Of a DNA stretch of 64,000 nucleotides, positions 10,220-19,532 are shown piece after piece; the stretch's first letter is position 1, and each line of letters starts with the position of its first letter. The stretch is from an uncultured Clostridium sp. (GTDB lineage: Bacteria > Bacillota_I > Bacilli_A > RF39 > UBA660): positions 17,509 through 81,508 of the forward strand of contig CAMIWC010000004.1 of assembly GCA_946402315.1 (NCBI GenBank). The letters are read 5' to 3'. The notes under the pieces are model-generated. The model saw only the letters and a list, made by a program, of their open reading frames with translations. It was not told the origin of the DNA and searched no databases. The translations under genes were made by a program, and so were the position numbers.

Positions 10220-11341
10220 ATGAAAATTATTATATTAAAAATAGGTATTGTTTTTATTAATATTATTTATTTCTTTATTAAACTTCTTCCAATTAGAAAT
10301 AAAATAGTATTTATTTCTCGTCAAAGTAATACTAAAACAGAAGATATGCTTCTTATTGAAGAAGAACTAAAAAAACAAGATAAAGATGTAAAAATAGTAT
10401 TCTTATGTAAGAAACTTGAGGGAGGTACTAAAGCAATTGGATACGTATTCCATATGTTTAGACAAATGTACCATCTAGCAACTTCAAGAGTGGTAGTACT
10501 TGATAGTTATTGTATAGTTGCGAGTATTCTTAAAAAGAAGAAAGGCACTACTATAATTCAAATGTGGCATGCTTTGGGTTCATTTAAAAAGTTTGGTTAT
10601 AGTGTACTTGATCAAGAAGAAGGAAGTAGTAGTAAATTAGCTAAAGTAATGAAGATGCATCATAATTACGATTATATATTTACTAGTAGTGAATTTAGTA
10701 GTAAGTACTTTGCTGAAGCATTTAATGCTGATAAATCTAAAATGGTTGTTATGCCTTTAGCTAGAGTTGATTTATTAACTTCTAAAAAACTAGATAAAGA
10801 ATTACAAGCTAAGATTTATAAAAAGTATCCTGAAACTAAAACTAAGAAGAATATTGTATATGTTCCTACTTTTAGAAAAGATGGAGAACGCCCTGAAAAG
10901 ATTAAAGAATTAATTGATGCGGTTGATTATAAGAAATATAATCTTATCTTAAAACTACATCCATTAACTAAGATTGATTTTGGAGATATTAAAGCAATCT
11001 ATGATAAAGATTTTTCTAGTATTGAAATGTTATCTGTTGCCGATTATGTAATTAGTGATTATTCAGCTATTATCTATGAAGCTTCACTTAAGAATAAACC
11101 AATGTATTTTTATTGTTATGATTATGATTCATATTTTAAAAAGAGAAATTTTTACTTAGACTACAATAAAGATATTCCCGGATTAAAAGAACAAGATGCT
11201 AAGAAATTAGTTAAAGCAATTGAAAAAGATAAATATGATTTTAAAGAGTTAAAGAAATTTAATGATAAGTTTATATCATATGAAGATGGTAAATGTAGTT
11301 ATAATATAGCTAAATTTATCTTAAGTAAAATGAGTAAGTAG
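10220..11341 (+). CDS. TagB/TagF-family CDP-glycerol glycerophosphotransferase with an N-terminal membrane helix
   Basis: Motifs QMWHALGSFKKFGY, VYVPTFRK, KLHP and ISDYSAIIYEA are present. Confidence 0.8.
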   Translation: MKIIILKIGIVFINIIYFFIKLLPIRNKIVFISRQSNTKTEDMLLIEEELKKQDKDVKIVFLCKKLEGGTKAIGYVFHMFRQMYHLATSRVVVLDSYCIVASILKKKKGTTIIQMWHALGSFKKFGYSVLDQEEGSSSKLAKVMKMHHNYDYIFTSSEFSSKYFAEAFNADKSKMVVMPLARVDLLTSKKLDKELQAKIYKKYPETKTKKNIVYVPTFRKDGERPEKIKELIDAVDYKKYNLILKLHPLTKIDFGDIKAIYDKDFSSIEMLSVADYVISDYSAIIYEASLKNKPMYFYCYDYDSYFKKRNFYLDYNKDIPGLKEQDAKKLVKAIEKDKYDFKELKKFNDKFISYEDGKCSYNIAKFILSKMSK

Positions 11342-11389
11342 TAATGCTTACTTTTTTTATATATGATATACTTTTAGTAAGGTGATTAT

Positions 11390-12001
11390 ATGATAGAAGT
11401 TAATGTGCAAAGTAGTATTAAATTAACTGGTACTAAAATTATATATTTTGATCCATTAATGATGAATGATGTTCATGATGCTGATTATATATTTATTACT
11501 CATACTCATTATGATCATTTAGAACTTGAAAGCATTAAAAAGATAATTAAAGAAGATACTATTATTATTGGTCCTTTTGATATTGAAGATAAACTTGATG
11601 GTATTAATAATAAAATTATATATATGAAACCATTAGATGAATTAGAACTACCTCAAATAAAAGTGAAGGGACTACATTCATATAATTTAGATAAATCTTT
11701 TCATAAAAAAGAATATGATTGGTTAGGATATTATCTAGAGTTTGATAATAAAAAATATTATATCGCAGGAGATACTGATGCTTTAGATGAAAATAAGAAT
11801 CTTGATGTAGATGTTGCTTTTGTACCAATAGGTGGAGTATATACTATGGATTATAGTGAAGCGGCAGATTTTATTAATGAAATGAAACCTAAAGAAGTAA
11901 TACCTATACATTACGGTATGGTAGTAGGAACTAAAGAGGATTTTTTATATTTTAAAGATTTAGTTAAAGAAAGTGTTGTCAGTGAATATATAAATCTGTG
12001 A
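11390..12001 (+). CDS. MBL-fold metallo-hydrolase
   Basis: It has an ITHTHYDH (HxHxDH) metal-binding motif and a later GDTD / IPIHYG region. Confidence 0.7.
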   Translation: MIEVNVQSSIKLTGTKIIYFDPLMMNDVHDADYIFITHTHYDHLELESIKKIIKEDTIIIGPFDIEDKLDGINNKIIYMKPLDELELPQIKVKGLHSYNLDKSFHKKEYDWLGYYLEFDNKKYYIAGDTDALDENKNLDVDVAFVPIGGVYTMDYSEAADFINEMKPKEVIPIHYGMVVGTKEDFLYFKDLVKESVVSEYINL

Positions 12002-12022
12002 TATAATAAATATGGTGAAGAT

Positions 12023-12643
12023 ATGGAAGAGTATAAAGTTATAGATAGTAGAACAACATATATAGGAGAAGAAGTAGTTATTGGAGAAGGTACAGTTATT
12101 TATCCTAATGTTACTATTATGGGTAAGACTGTTATTGGTAAGAATAATGTTATAGAATCTAATACAATTATTAATAACTGTGATATAGGAGATAATAATA
12201 GAATAGTATCATCTTATCTTAAGAGTGCTAGTATTGGAAATGATAATGTTATTGGTCCTTATTCTCATTTAAGAGATAATGCTAAAATAGGTAATAATAA
12301 TGCAATTGGGAACTTTGTTGAAATAAAAAATAGTACTATTGGAGATAATAACTTTGCTAAGCATTTATCATTTATTGGTAATGTTACAGCAGGAGATGAT
12401 GTTAACTTTAGTGCAGGAATGATTATTACAGATTTCAATTGGAAGAATCAAGAATATGTTAGTTCTTCTATTGGATCTCATGTAATGATTGGTTCAAACT
12501 CTGTTTTGGTTGGACCGGTTAACTTAAGTAATAATACTTTTGTTGCTGCTGGATCCGTTATTACAAAAGATGTTGAAGAAGGAGATTTAGCTATAGCTAG
12601 ACCTAGAGAAGAAAGAAAAAAGAATTATTTAAAGGGTGAATAA
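12023..12643 (+). CDS. Left-handed beta-helix acetyltransferase, a stand-alone homolog of the GlmU C-terminal domain
   Basis: Hexapeptide repeats run throughout. Motifs IGPYSHLR, IGNFVEIKNS, KHLSFIGN, FVAAGSVITKDV and LAIARPRE align with the C-terminal half of GlmU as I remember it. No nucleotidyltransferase domain is present. Confidence 0.75.
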   Translation: MEEYKVIDSRTTYIGEEVVIGEGTVIYPNVTIMGKTVIGKNNVIESNTIINNCDIGDNNRIVSSYLKSASIGNDNVIGPYSHLRDNAKIGNNNAIGNFVEIKNSTIGDNNFAKHLSFIGNVTAGDDVNFSAGMIITDFNWKNQEYVSSSIGSHVMIGSNSVLVGPVNLSNNTFVAAGSVITKDVEEGDLAIARPREERKKNYLKGE

Positions 12644-12644
12644 T

Positions 12645-13874
12645 ATGAATATTATTGAAATTATTAATAAGAAAAGGTTAAAGAAAGAACTTAGTTATGA
12701 AGAAATTAAATATGCTTTTATGGGATATTTAAATCATGAAGTAGAAGATTATCAAATGTCTTCTTTACTTATGGCTATTGTTCTTAATGGTATGACTGAT
12801 GAAGAAGTATATCATTTAACAGATGTTTTTATTAATAGTGGAGAAATATTAGATTTAAGTAGAATAGATGGAGTAAAAGTAGATAAACATTCTACTGGTG
12901 GAATAGGTGATAAAACTACTTTAATAATTGCACCTATAGTAGCGTCTCTTGGTATTAAAGTATGTAAAATGAGTGGTAGAGGTTTAGGATATACTGGAGG
13001 TACTATTGATAAGCTAGAAAGTATTCCTGGATTTAATGTTAATTTAACAGATGAAGAAATAATTAAAGAAGTAAATGAAATAGGTATGGCTATAACTAGT
13101 CAAACAAAGAACTTAACTCCACTTGATAAAGTTATCTATTCACTTCGTGATGTTACTGGTACAGTTGAAAGTATTCCTTTAATCGCATCATCTATTATGA
13201 GTAAGAAGATTGCCTCTGGAGCTGATAAAATCCTAATAGATATTAAAGTAGGAGATGGAGCTTTAATTAAGACTAAAGAAGATGCAATTATTTTAAGTAT
13301 ATTAATGCAAAATATTGGTAAAAAGTATAATCGAGAAGTTCGTACTATTATTACTGATATGCAACATCCTTTAGGGAGAGCAGTTGGTAATACTCTTGAA
13401 GTAATTGAGGCTGCTAGTATTCTAAAAGGATATGGAGAGCATACATATTTATATGAGGTGTGTATGGAAATAGCTTCTAATATGGTTAGTATGGCTTTAG
13501 AACTACCAATGGATGATGCTAAAGAATTAGTAAAAAAAGTAATTGATAACGGTTCAGCTTATCATAAGTTCTTAGAATTTATTAATTACCAAGGTGGAAA
13601 ATTAGAAGATTCTAAATTAAGTAAGAAGACTAAAGTTATTAGAAGTACTAAGATAGGTACTGTTAAAGAAATAAATGCTTTAAAGATAGGAATGTTATCT
13701 GCCGCTTTAGGAAGTAATAGAATGACTCTTGATGATAAGATAGACTATGGAGTAGGGGTTATCCTTTATAAAGAAGTAGGAGACTATGTTAAATTTGGTG
13801 ATGTATTATGTACTTTATACATAGGAGACAATGATAATTATCCAGACCCACTTGACGCCTTTACAATCGAATAA
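12645..13874 (+). CDS. pdp: Pyrimidine-nucleoside phosphorylase
   Basis: Motifs DKHSTGGIGDKT, SGRGLGYTGGTIDKLESIPG and SIMSKKIA are present. The start is set at ATG 12645, behind an AAGGGTGA SD. Confidence 0.9.
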   Translation: MNIIEIINKKRLKKELSYEEIKYAFMGYLNHEVEDYQMSSLLMAIVLNGMTDEEVYHLTDVFINSGEILDLSRIDGVKVDKHSTGGIGDKTTLIIAPIVASLGIKVCKMSGRGLGYTGGTIDKLESIPGFNVNLTDEEIIKEVNEIGMAITSQTKNLTPLDKVIYSLRDVTGTVESIPLIASSIMSKKIASGADKILIDIKVGDGALIKTKEDAIILSILMQNIGKKYNREVRTIITDMQHPLGRAVGNTLEVIEAASILKGYGEHTYLYEVCMEIASNMVSMALELPMDDAKELVKKVIDNGSAYHKFLEFINYQGGKLEDSKLSKKTKVIRSTKIGTVKEINALKIGMLSAALGSNRMTLDDKIDYGVGVILYKEVGDYVKFGDVLCTLYIGDNDNYPDPLDAFTIE

Positions 13875-13959
13875 GTGTCAATTTATAGTAAAGTAAAGAA
13901 AATTGTTTACACAAACAATTTTTTTATTTGTTATAATGGTTTTACGTATGAGGTGCATT

Positions 13960-14337
13960 ATGAATAAGGTAAGAATAGTGGCCGCACTTATTGAACATAA
14001 CGATAAAGTATTGATTACTCAACTGTCTAGTACTGGATCTTGGGAACTGCCTGGAGGAATAGTTGACAAAGAAGAAAATGAAAAAGAAGTAATCAAAAGA
14101 GAGATTTATAATAAAATGAATATCTCGGTTAAGTGCGATTATGAAATGTGTAGAAAAACTTATATTGAGAGTGGAAAAGAAATTGAACTCGTTATGTATC
14201 ATTGTAGCTATCTTGCTGGTGAAGTAAGATTACATGATTATAGTAATCATATTTATGTTGATAAAACCATTCTTAACAAGTACCAATTTAATCCTATGGA
14301 TGTACCATTAATTAATTATATAACAGGCAACAAATAG
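13960..14337 (+). CDS. Nudix-family hydrolase with a divergent Nudix box
   Basis: The sequence WELPGGIVDKEENEKEVIKREIYNKMNI resembles GX5EX7REUXEEXGU, but the EE pair is missing. The start is set at ATG 13960 (GAGGTG SD, TTATAAT -10 at 13931-13937), not at the ORF-track start 13903. Confidence 0.65.
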   Translation: MNKVRIVAALIEHNDKVLITQLSSTGSWELPGGIVDKEENEKEVIKREIYNKMNISVKCDYEMCRKTYIESGKEIELVMYHCSYLAGEVRLHDYSNHIYVDKTILNKYQFNPMDVPLINYITGNK

Positions 14338-14391
14338 CCTGTTTTTTTGATATAATGTATTTAGATGTTTTTTACAAGGAGGTAAAGCTAC

Positions 14392-16155
14392 GTGTTTAGA
14401 TTATTTAAAAGAGTAGTAAGGACAGAAGCAGTATTTGCTTTAGCCTGTTTATTATTTACAATAATACAAGTATGGCTAGAGTTAAAGATTCCTGATTATA
14501 TGACTAATATAACCAAACTTATTCAAACAGAAGGAAGTACAATTGCCGAAATAATTAAAACTGGTGGTTGGATGTTACTATGTGCTTTATTAAGTTTAAT
14601 ATGTGCAGTTATAGTTGGATATATTTCAGCTACTTTATCATCTAGATTTTCATATAAAGTTCGTAAAAGAATATTTGGTCAAGTAGAGAGATATAGTTTA
14701 AATGAAATAAAGAAGTTTTCAACAAGTAGTTTAATAACTCGTACTACTAATGATGTAAGTCAAATAGAAGTATTTATTGCAATGGGACTTTCCGGAATGT
14801 TAAGATCTCCAGTTATGGCTACTTTAGCAATTAGTAAGATTCTTAATAAAGGATTAGAATGGACTGTATTAGTTGCTTTAGAAGTAGCATTCTTACTAAC
14901 AATAATTACTATTATTATGATTTTAGTTGTTCCTAGGTTTAAGATAATGCAAAAACTAATAGATAGAGTAAATGGAGTAACAAGAGAAAATCTTACAGGT
15001 ATTAGAGTAATAAGAGCTTTTAATGCTGAAAAGTACCAATTAAAAAGATTTGAAAAAGAAAATAATAAATTAACTGGTATTCAAATGTTTAATCATAAGA
15101 TTTTATCCTTAATTGGACCTACTATGAATGTAGTAATGCATTCATTAACATTAGGTATTTATATAATTGGAGCTATTCTAATTAGTAAAGCTGGAATGTT
15201 AGATAAGATTAATCTATTTAGTAATATGATTGTATTTAGTAGTTATGGTATGCAAGTAATAATGTCATTTATGATGCTTTCAATGATCTTTATGATGTGG
15301 CCAAGAGTATCAGTATCAGTTGGAAGAATAAATGAATTGTTAGATACTAAAACAAGTATTACAGAAGGTTCTTTTGATGGTAAGACAGAAGAGAGTGGTA
15401 CTATTGAATTTAAAAATGTATCATTTAAATATCCAGATGCTGATGAATATGTATTAAAAGATATTTCCTTTAAAGCTAATAAAGGAGAAACTGTTGCTTT
15501 TATAGGATCAACTGGTTCTGGTAAATCTACATTAATAAATCTTATACCTAGATTCTATGATGTAACAGATGGAGAAGTATTAGTAGATGGAGTAGATGTA
15601 AAAGAATACAAAGAAGAAGCTTTATATAATAAGCTTGGTTATGTATCTCAAAAAGCTTTTATATTTACTGGTACTGTTAAAGATAATGTATCCTTTGGTA
15701 AGATAAATAAACATAAAGCTAATATGGAAAAAGTAAAAGATGCTGTAAAAGTTGCTCAAGGTAAAGAATTTGTAGAGAAGATGGATAAACAATATAATTC
15801 CCATATAGCTAGAGGAGGTACTAATATTTCTGGAGGACAAAAACAAAGATTATCTATAGCTAGAGCGATTGCTCGTAATCCAGAAATATATATCTTTGAT
15901 GATAGTTTTAGTGCTCTTGATTATAAGACTGATGCTATTCTTCGTAAAGAATTAAAAAAACATACTAAAGATGCAACTAGTCTAATAGTAGCTCAAAGAA
16001 TTGGTACTATTATGAATGCAGATAAAATAATAGTTCTTGATCGAGGAGAATGTGTTGGTATTGGTACTCATAAAGAGTTATTAAATAATTGTGAAGTTTA
16101 TAAAGAAATTGCTTTATCACAATTATCAAAGGAGGAATTAGAAAATGCCGCCTAG
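14392..16155 (+). CDS. ABC exporter permease/ATPase half-transporter carrying the degenerate-site subunit of a heterodimer
   Basis: It has a 6-TM domain plus an NBD with Walker A GSTGSGKST and signature SGGQKQR. Walker B is IFDDSFSALD, so the catalytic Glu is replaced by Asp. The GTG start follows a GGAGG SD. Confidence 0.9.
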   Translation: MFRLFKRVVRTEAVFALACLLFTIIQVWLELKIPDYMTNITKLIQTEGSTIAEIIKTGGWMLLCALLSLICAVIVGYISATLSSRFSYKVRKRIFGQVERYSLNEIKKFSTSSLITRTTNDVSQIEVFIAMGLSGMLRSPVMATLAISKILNKGLEWTVLVALEVAFLLTIITIIMILVVPRFKIMQKLIDRVNGVTRENLTGIRVIRAFNAEKYQLKRFEKENNKLTGIQMFNHKILSLIGPTMNVVMHSLTLGIYIIGAILISKAGMLDKINLFSNMIVFSSYGMQVIMSFMMLSMIFMMWPRVSVSVGRINELLDTKTSITEGSFDGKTEESGTIEFKNVSFKYPDADEYVLKDISFKANKGETVAFIGSTGSGKSTLINLIPRFYDVTDGEVLVDGVDVKEYKEEALYNKLGYVSQKAFIFTGTVKDNVSFGKINKHKANMEKVKDAVKVAQGKEFVEKMDKQYNSHIARGGTNISGGQKQRLSIARAIARNPEIYIFDDSFSALDYKTDAILRKELKKHTKDATSLIVAQRIGTIMNADKIIVLDRGECVGIGTHKELLNNCEVYKEIALSQLSKEELENAA

Positions 16156-18097
16156 ATTTGGAAATGGAAAAGTAGAGAAGTCTAAAGACTTTTGGGGAAC
16201 TATAAAAAGATTAATAAAAGATTTAAAGAAGTTTCACTTATTGTTAATTGTTGCTATTTTATTAGCGGCAATTAGTTCAGTTTTTTCTATAATTGCTCCA
16301 GATAAATTATCAGATTTAACAGATGAAATAACTCTAGGAATAACTCCTAATATTAATGAAGAGAAGATTACTGATATTATGAGTAATCCAAGTATATCAA
16401 ATGAAGATAAACAAGAATTTATGCTTCTTATGAGTGAAGCTCAAAATAGTGATAATAAGACTGAGTTATTATCTAAAATGGATGAATTACCAGCAAGTAT
16501 TTATGATGAGATTAAACCAACTATAAATATGAATGCTATTAAAAATATTGCTTTATTCTTAGCCGTTATTTATTTAATTGGTGCAATCGCTAATTTATTC
16601 CAAGGAATAATAATGGCTATTGTAGCTAATGGATATGCTAAAGATTTAAGACAAGATATTAGTAAAAAGATTAATAAATTACCTCTTAAGTATTTTGATA
16701 CTCATGAAACAGGAGATATTTTATCGCGTATTACTAATGATGTAGATACAGTTGCTTTGAACCTAAATCATTCACTAGCGTCTCTCGTTATGAATATTAC
16801 AATGTTCTTTGGATGTTTGTTTATGATGTTTAAAACTAATTGGATAATGGGTGTATCTGCTGTAGGAGCTAGTTTAATTGGTTTTTCTTTAATGGCAGTT
16901 ATTCTTAGTAAGAGTCAAAAATATTTCATTAGAAAACAAAAAGAACTTGGTGATTTAAATGGATATATAGAAGAAATATATTCGGGTCATACGATTGTAA
17001 AAGCTTATAATGGAATAGAAGAAGCAGAAGATAAGATGGATATTCTAAACAAAAAATTATATTCTTCTAACAAAAACAGCCAATTCTTATCAGGACTTAT
17101 GGGTCCGATAATGGGATTCTGTGGTAACTTTGGTTACTTAGTTGTCTGCGTAGTTGGAGCTTTACTTGTTATGCACGATAGTATTACTTATGGTGTAATA
17201 GTAGCCTTTATGATTTACGTTAGAATATTCTCTAATCAATTATCACAAATGGCTCAAGCAGCAACTTCTATGCAATCAACAGCCGCAGCTGCAGAAAGAG
17301 TATTTGAATTCTTTGATGAAGAAGCTATGCCTAAAGAAGAAGTTAAACATGTACTTTATAAGGAAGACGTTAAAGGACATGTATGTTTTAAGAATGTTAA
17401 GTTTGGTTATGATGAAGATAAAACAATTATTAAGAAATTTAGTGCAGAAGCCCATCCTGGTCAAAAGATTGCGATCGTTGGACCTACTGGTGCTGGTAAA
17501 ACAACAATGGTTAATCTACTTATGCGTTTCTACGATATTAAGAATGGTGATATTACAGTAGATGGAATATCTATCCATGATTTAAGCAGAGAAAACATTC
17601 ATGATTTATTTATAATGGTTCTCCAAGATGTATGGTTATTTGAAGGAACTGTACGTGAGAATCTTAAATTTAATAATGAAAATGTTACTGATGAAGAAAT
17701 ATGGGAAGCTTGTAAAGTAGTTGGAGTTGATCACTTTATTAAAACTCTTCCAGGAGGGCTAGATGCAGTTATAAATGATAATGATTCAATAAGCCAAGGA
17801 CAAAAACAATTACTTACAATAGCGCGTGCTATGATTGCTAATCGTCCGCTTCTTATTCTTGATGAAGCAACATCTAATGTTGATACAAGAACAGAAGAAC
17901 TTGTTCAAAAAGCAATGGATAAATTAACTAAAGGTAGAACATCATTTATTATTGCTCATAGATTATCTACTATTCGTAATGCTGATTTGATATTAGTTAT
18001 GAAAGATGGTAACATTATAGAGCAAGGTAACCATGATTCGTTAATAAAGAAAAATGGATTCTACGCAGAATTATATAATTCACAATTCCAGAATTAG
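16145..18097 (+). CDS. ABC exporter permease/ATPase half-transporter carrying the consensus-site subunit
   Basis: Walker A is GPTGAGKTT and Walker B is LILDEATSNVD (canonical Glu). The signature is degenerate (SQGQKQL). It overlaps the upstream partner by 11 nt. Confidence 0.9.
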   Translation: MPPRFGNGKVEKSKDFWGTIKRLIKDLKKFHLLLIVAILLAAISSVFSIIAPDKLSDLTDEITLGITPNINEEKITDIMSNPSISNEDKQEFMLLMSEAQNSDNKTELLSKMDELPASIYDEIKPTINMNAIKNIALFLAVIYLIGAIANLFQGIIMAIVANGYAKDLRQDISKKINKLPLKYFDTHETGDILSRITNDVDTVALNLNHSLASLVMNITMFFGCLFMMFKTNWIMGVSAVGASLIGFSLMAVILSKSQKYFIRKQKELGDLNGYIEEIYSGHTIVKAYNGIEEAEDKMDILNKKLYSSNKNSQFLSGLMGPIMGFCGNFGYLVVCVVGALLVMHDSITYGVIVAFMIYVRIFSNQLSQMAQAATSMQSTAAAAERVFEFFDEEAMPKEEVKHVLYKEDVKGHVCFKNVKFGYDEDKTIIKKFSAEAHPGQKIAIVGPTGAGKTTMVNLLMRFYDIKNGDITVDGISIHDLSRENIHDLFIMVLQDVWLFEGTVRENLKFNNENVTDEEIWEACKVVGVDHFIKTLPGGLDAVINDNDSISQGQKQLLTIARAMIANRPLLILDEATSNVDTRTEELVQKAMDKLTKGRTSFIIAHRLSTIRNADLILVMKDGNIIEQGNHDSLIKKNGFYAELYNSQFQN

Positions 18098-18105
18098 GAG
18101 GTTTT

Positions 18106-18870
18106 ATGAAAAGATTTAACGATTTTTATAGAAGAGTTCTAGCTTATGCCTTTGACTTTTTATTAATTCAATTGTTTGTAAGTGTACTTGTTGATTCTAA
18201 TGTTATTAATTTCCAATATAATAATTATGCTAAAACTTATAAAGAATATGAAGCATTATATAATGATTATGATACTTATAAAGATATTAATATTAAAGAT
18301 TGTGAAGATTTAAGTAATAAGATTGAGAAAAAAGAAATAGATATAGAAGACATTACTATTGCTTATAGTGAAATAGCTGATGAAGATGAATGTAATGCAT
18401 TAGTAGATACTATTAATTCTAGAAAGATGTCTGAAAAAGACTTTGTTACTAAAAGAGATAAAATGTATTATAAATTACAAAGATTAAGTACTTTTAGATA
18501 TGTTGTTACTATCGTTGTAACAGCTCTATATCTTATCTTATTCCAAGGCTTTACTAATGGTAAGACTTTAGGTAAGAAGATAATGCATCTAAGAGTTAAA
18601 CCTATTAATAAAAAGAAATATGTTTCTTATAAACAACTTGCGATTAGATCAATATTCTTAGGTAATTTGATCTACTACATCTTGAGTTCAATACTTCCGT
18701 GGGTATTAAGCCAAAGCATTTATATAAATATTACTGATGGATTATATGGTCTTAATATATTATTTACAATATTTATGGTAGTGTTTGCTTATGCTAATAA
18801 GGAAATGCGAGGACCACATGATATTTTAGCTAATACAGAAGTAATTATAGATTTAAAAGAGAAGAAGTAA
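18106..18870 (+). CDS. RDD-family membrane protein
   Basis: It has N- and C-terminal TM segments and a terminal R-x-x-HD motif (MRGPHDILANT). The assignment is from memory of the family's architecture. Confidence 0.55.
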   Translation: MKRFNDFYRRVLAYAFDFLLIQLFVSVLVDSNVINFQYNNYAKTYKEYEALYNDYDTYKDINIKDCEDLSNKIEKKEIDIEDITIAYSEIADEDECNALVDTINSRKMSEKDFVTKRDKMYYKLQRLSTFRYVVTIVVTALYLILFQGFTNGKTLGKKIMHLRVKPINKKKYVSYKQLAIRSIFLGNLIYYILSSILPWVLSQSIYINITDGLYGLNILFTIFMVVFAYANKEMRGPHDILANTEVIIDLKEKK

Positions 18871-18983
18871 TTCTTCTCTTTTTGTGTAAAGTAATTATAT
18901 TTTTTGATGTAAACTATACAATTTTGTGTTGTAAATAGTTTACATTTTATTTTTTGCTCATTATCATATAATTAGGTGATATT

Positions 18984-19520
18984 ATGAAAGGAAAAGTTTT
19001 CATTAAAATAGGTGTGTTTTTAATGGCTATAGGATTTGCAATTACATCTTATGAAACTGTTAATGGATTAGTTAAAGAATACTTAGATGATGTAAACTTA
19101 TCCAAAGAAATAGTGTCTTCTATAAATGTAAAATATGATATGTTCTTAGATGATGTTGATAGATATAAAACAAATCTAGAAGATTTATATGCATCATACG
19201 ACATATATTTAGATGATTTTATTATAAGTAATTATAATATTCGAAATAATATTACTTTTATAAATGTAGATTTATTAGAACTACTAAGTACTGCAGAAGA
19301 ATTAAATGAGTACTGTTCTTATGATATAAATGGTACTTTAAAAAACGAGAAGTGTGACATCTTTAAAAAGAATTATAAAAGTTCTATTGATTCATATCAT
19401 AAAGCGATAGATGAATATAATCGTATAGTTGGTTTATATAATAATAAGTCCAATAAAAAAGTGGACTATTATGTTAGTCCAATCGATACGGAGTTAAATA
19501 ATTTATATAATGAGTTATAG
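18984..19520 (+). CDS. Hypothetical protein with an N-terminal membrane anchor
   Basis: It has a good SD (AGGTGAT), one N-terminal TM helix, and no recognisable domain. Confidence 0.5.
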   Translation: MKGKVFIKIGVFLMAIGFAITSYETVNGLVKEYLDDVNLSKEIVSSINVKYDMFLDDVDRYKTNLEDLYASYDIYLDDFIISNYNIRNNITFINVDLLELLSTAEELNEYCSYDINGTLKNEKCDIFKKNYKSSIDSYHKAIDEYNRIVGLYNNKSNKKVDYYVSPIDTELNNLYNEL

Positions 19521-19532
19521 GAAGGGATAAAT

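Noticed and set aside
13903-13959. The ORF-track N-terminal extension of the Nudix gene (MFTQTIFLFVIMVLRMRCI...), which could be read as a signal peptide.
   Set aside because: The extension overlaps the likely promoter (TTATAAT at 13931-13937) and lacks an SD. The ATG at 13960 has a GAGGTG SD and yields a normal-length Nudix protein.
14392-18097. The ABC exporter pair read as part of the teichoic-acid export machinery (TagGH) or a bacteriocin exporter.
   Set aside because: Both are fused TMD-NBD type I exporter half-transporters with the asymmetric (one degenerate site) arrangement typical of heterodimeric multidrug/lipid exporters. TagGH has separate permease and ATPase subunits of a different fold. 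No C39 peptidase domain or bacteriocin gene is attached.
18909-18943. Inverted repeat GTAAACTAT(ACAA)...(TTGT)AAATAGTTTAC followed by a T-run, 40 nt after the terminator of the RDD gene. It could be an operator or a second terminator.
   Set aside because: It is AT-rich and short, and it is consistent with a back-up terminator or a chance palindrome in an AT-rich spacer. I could tie no associated regulator or repeated occurrence elsewhere in the window to it.
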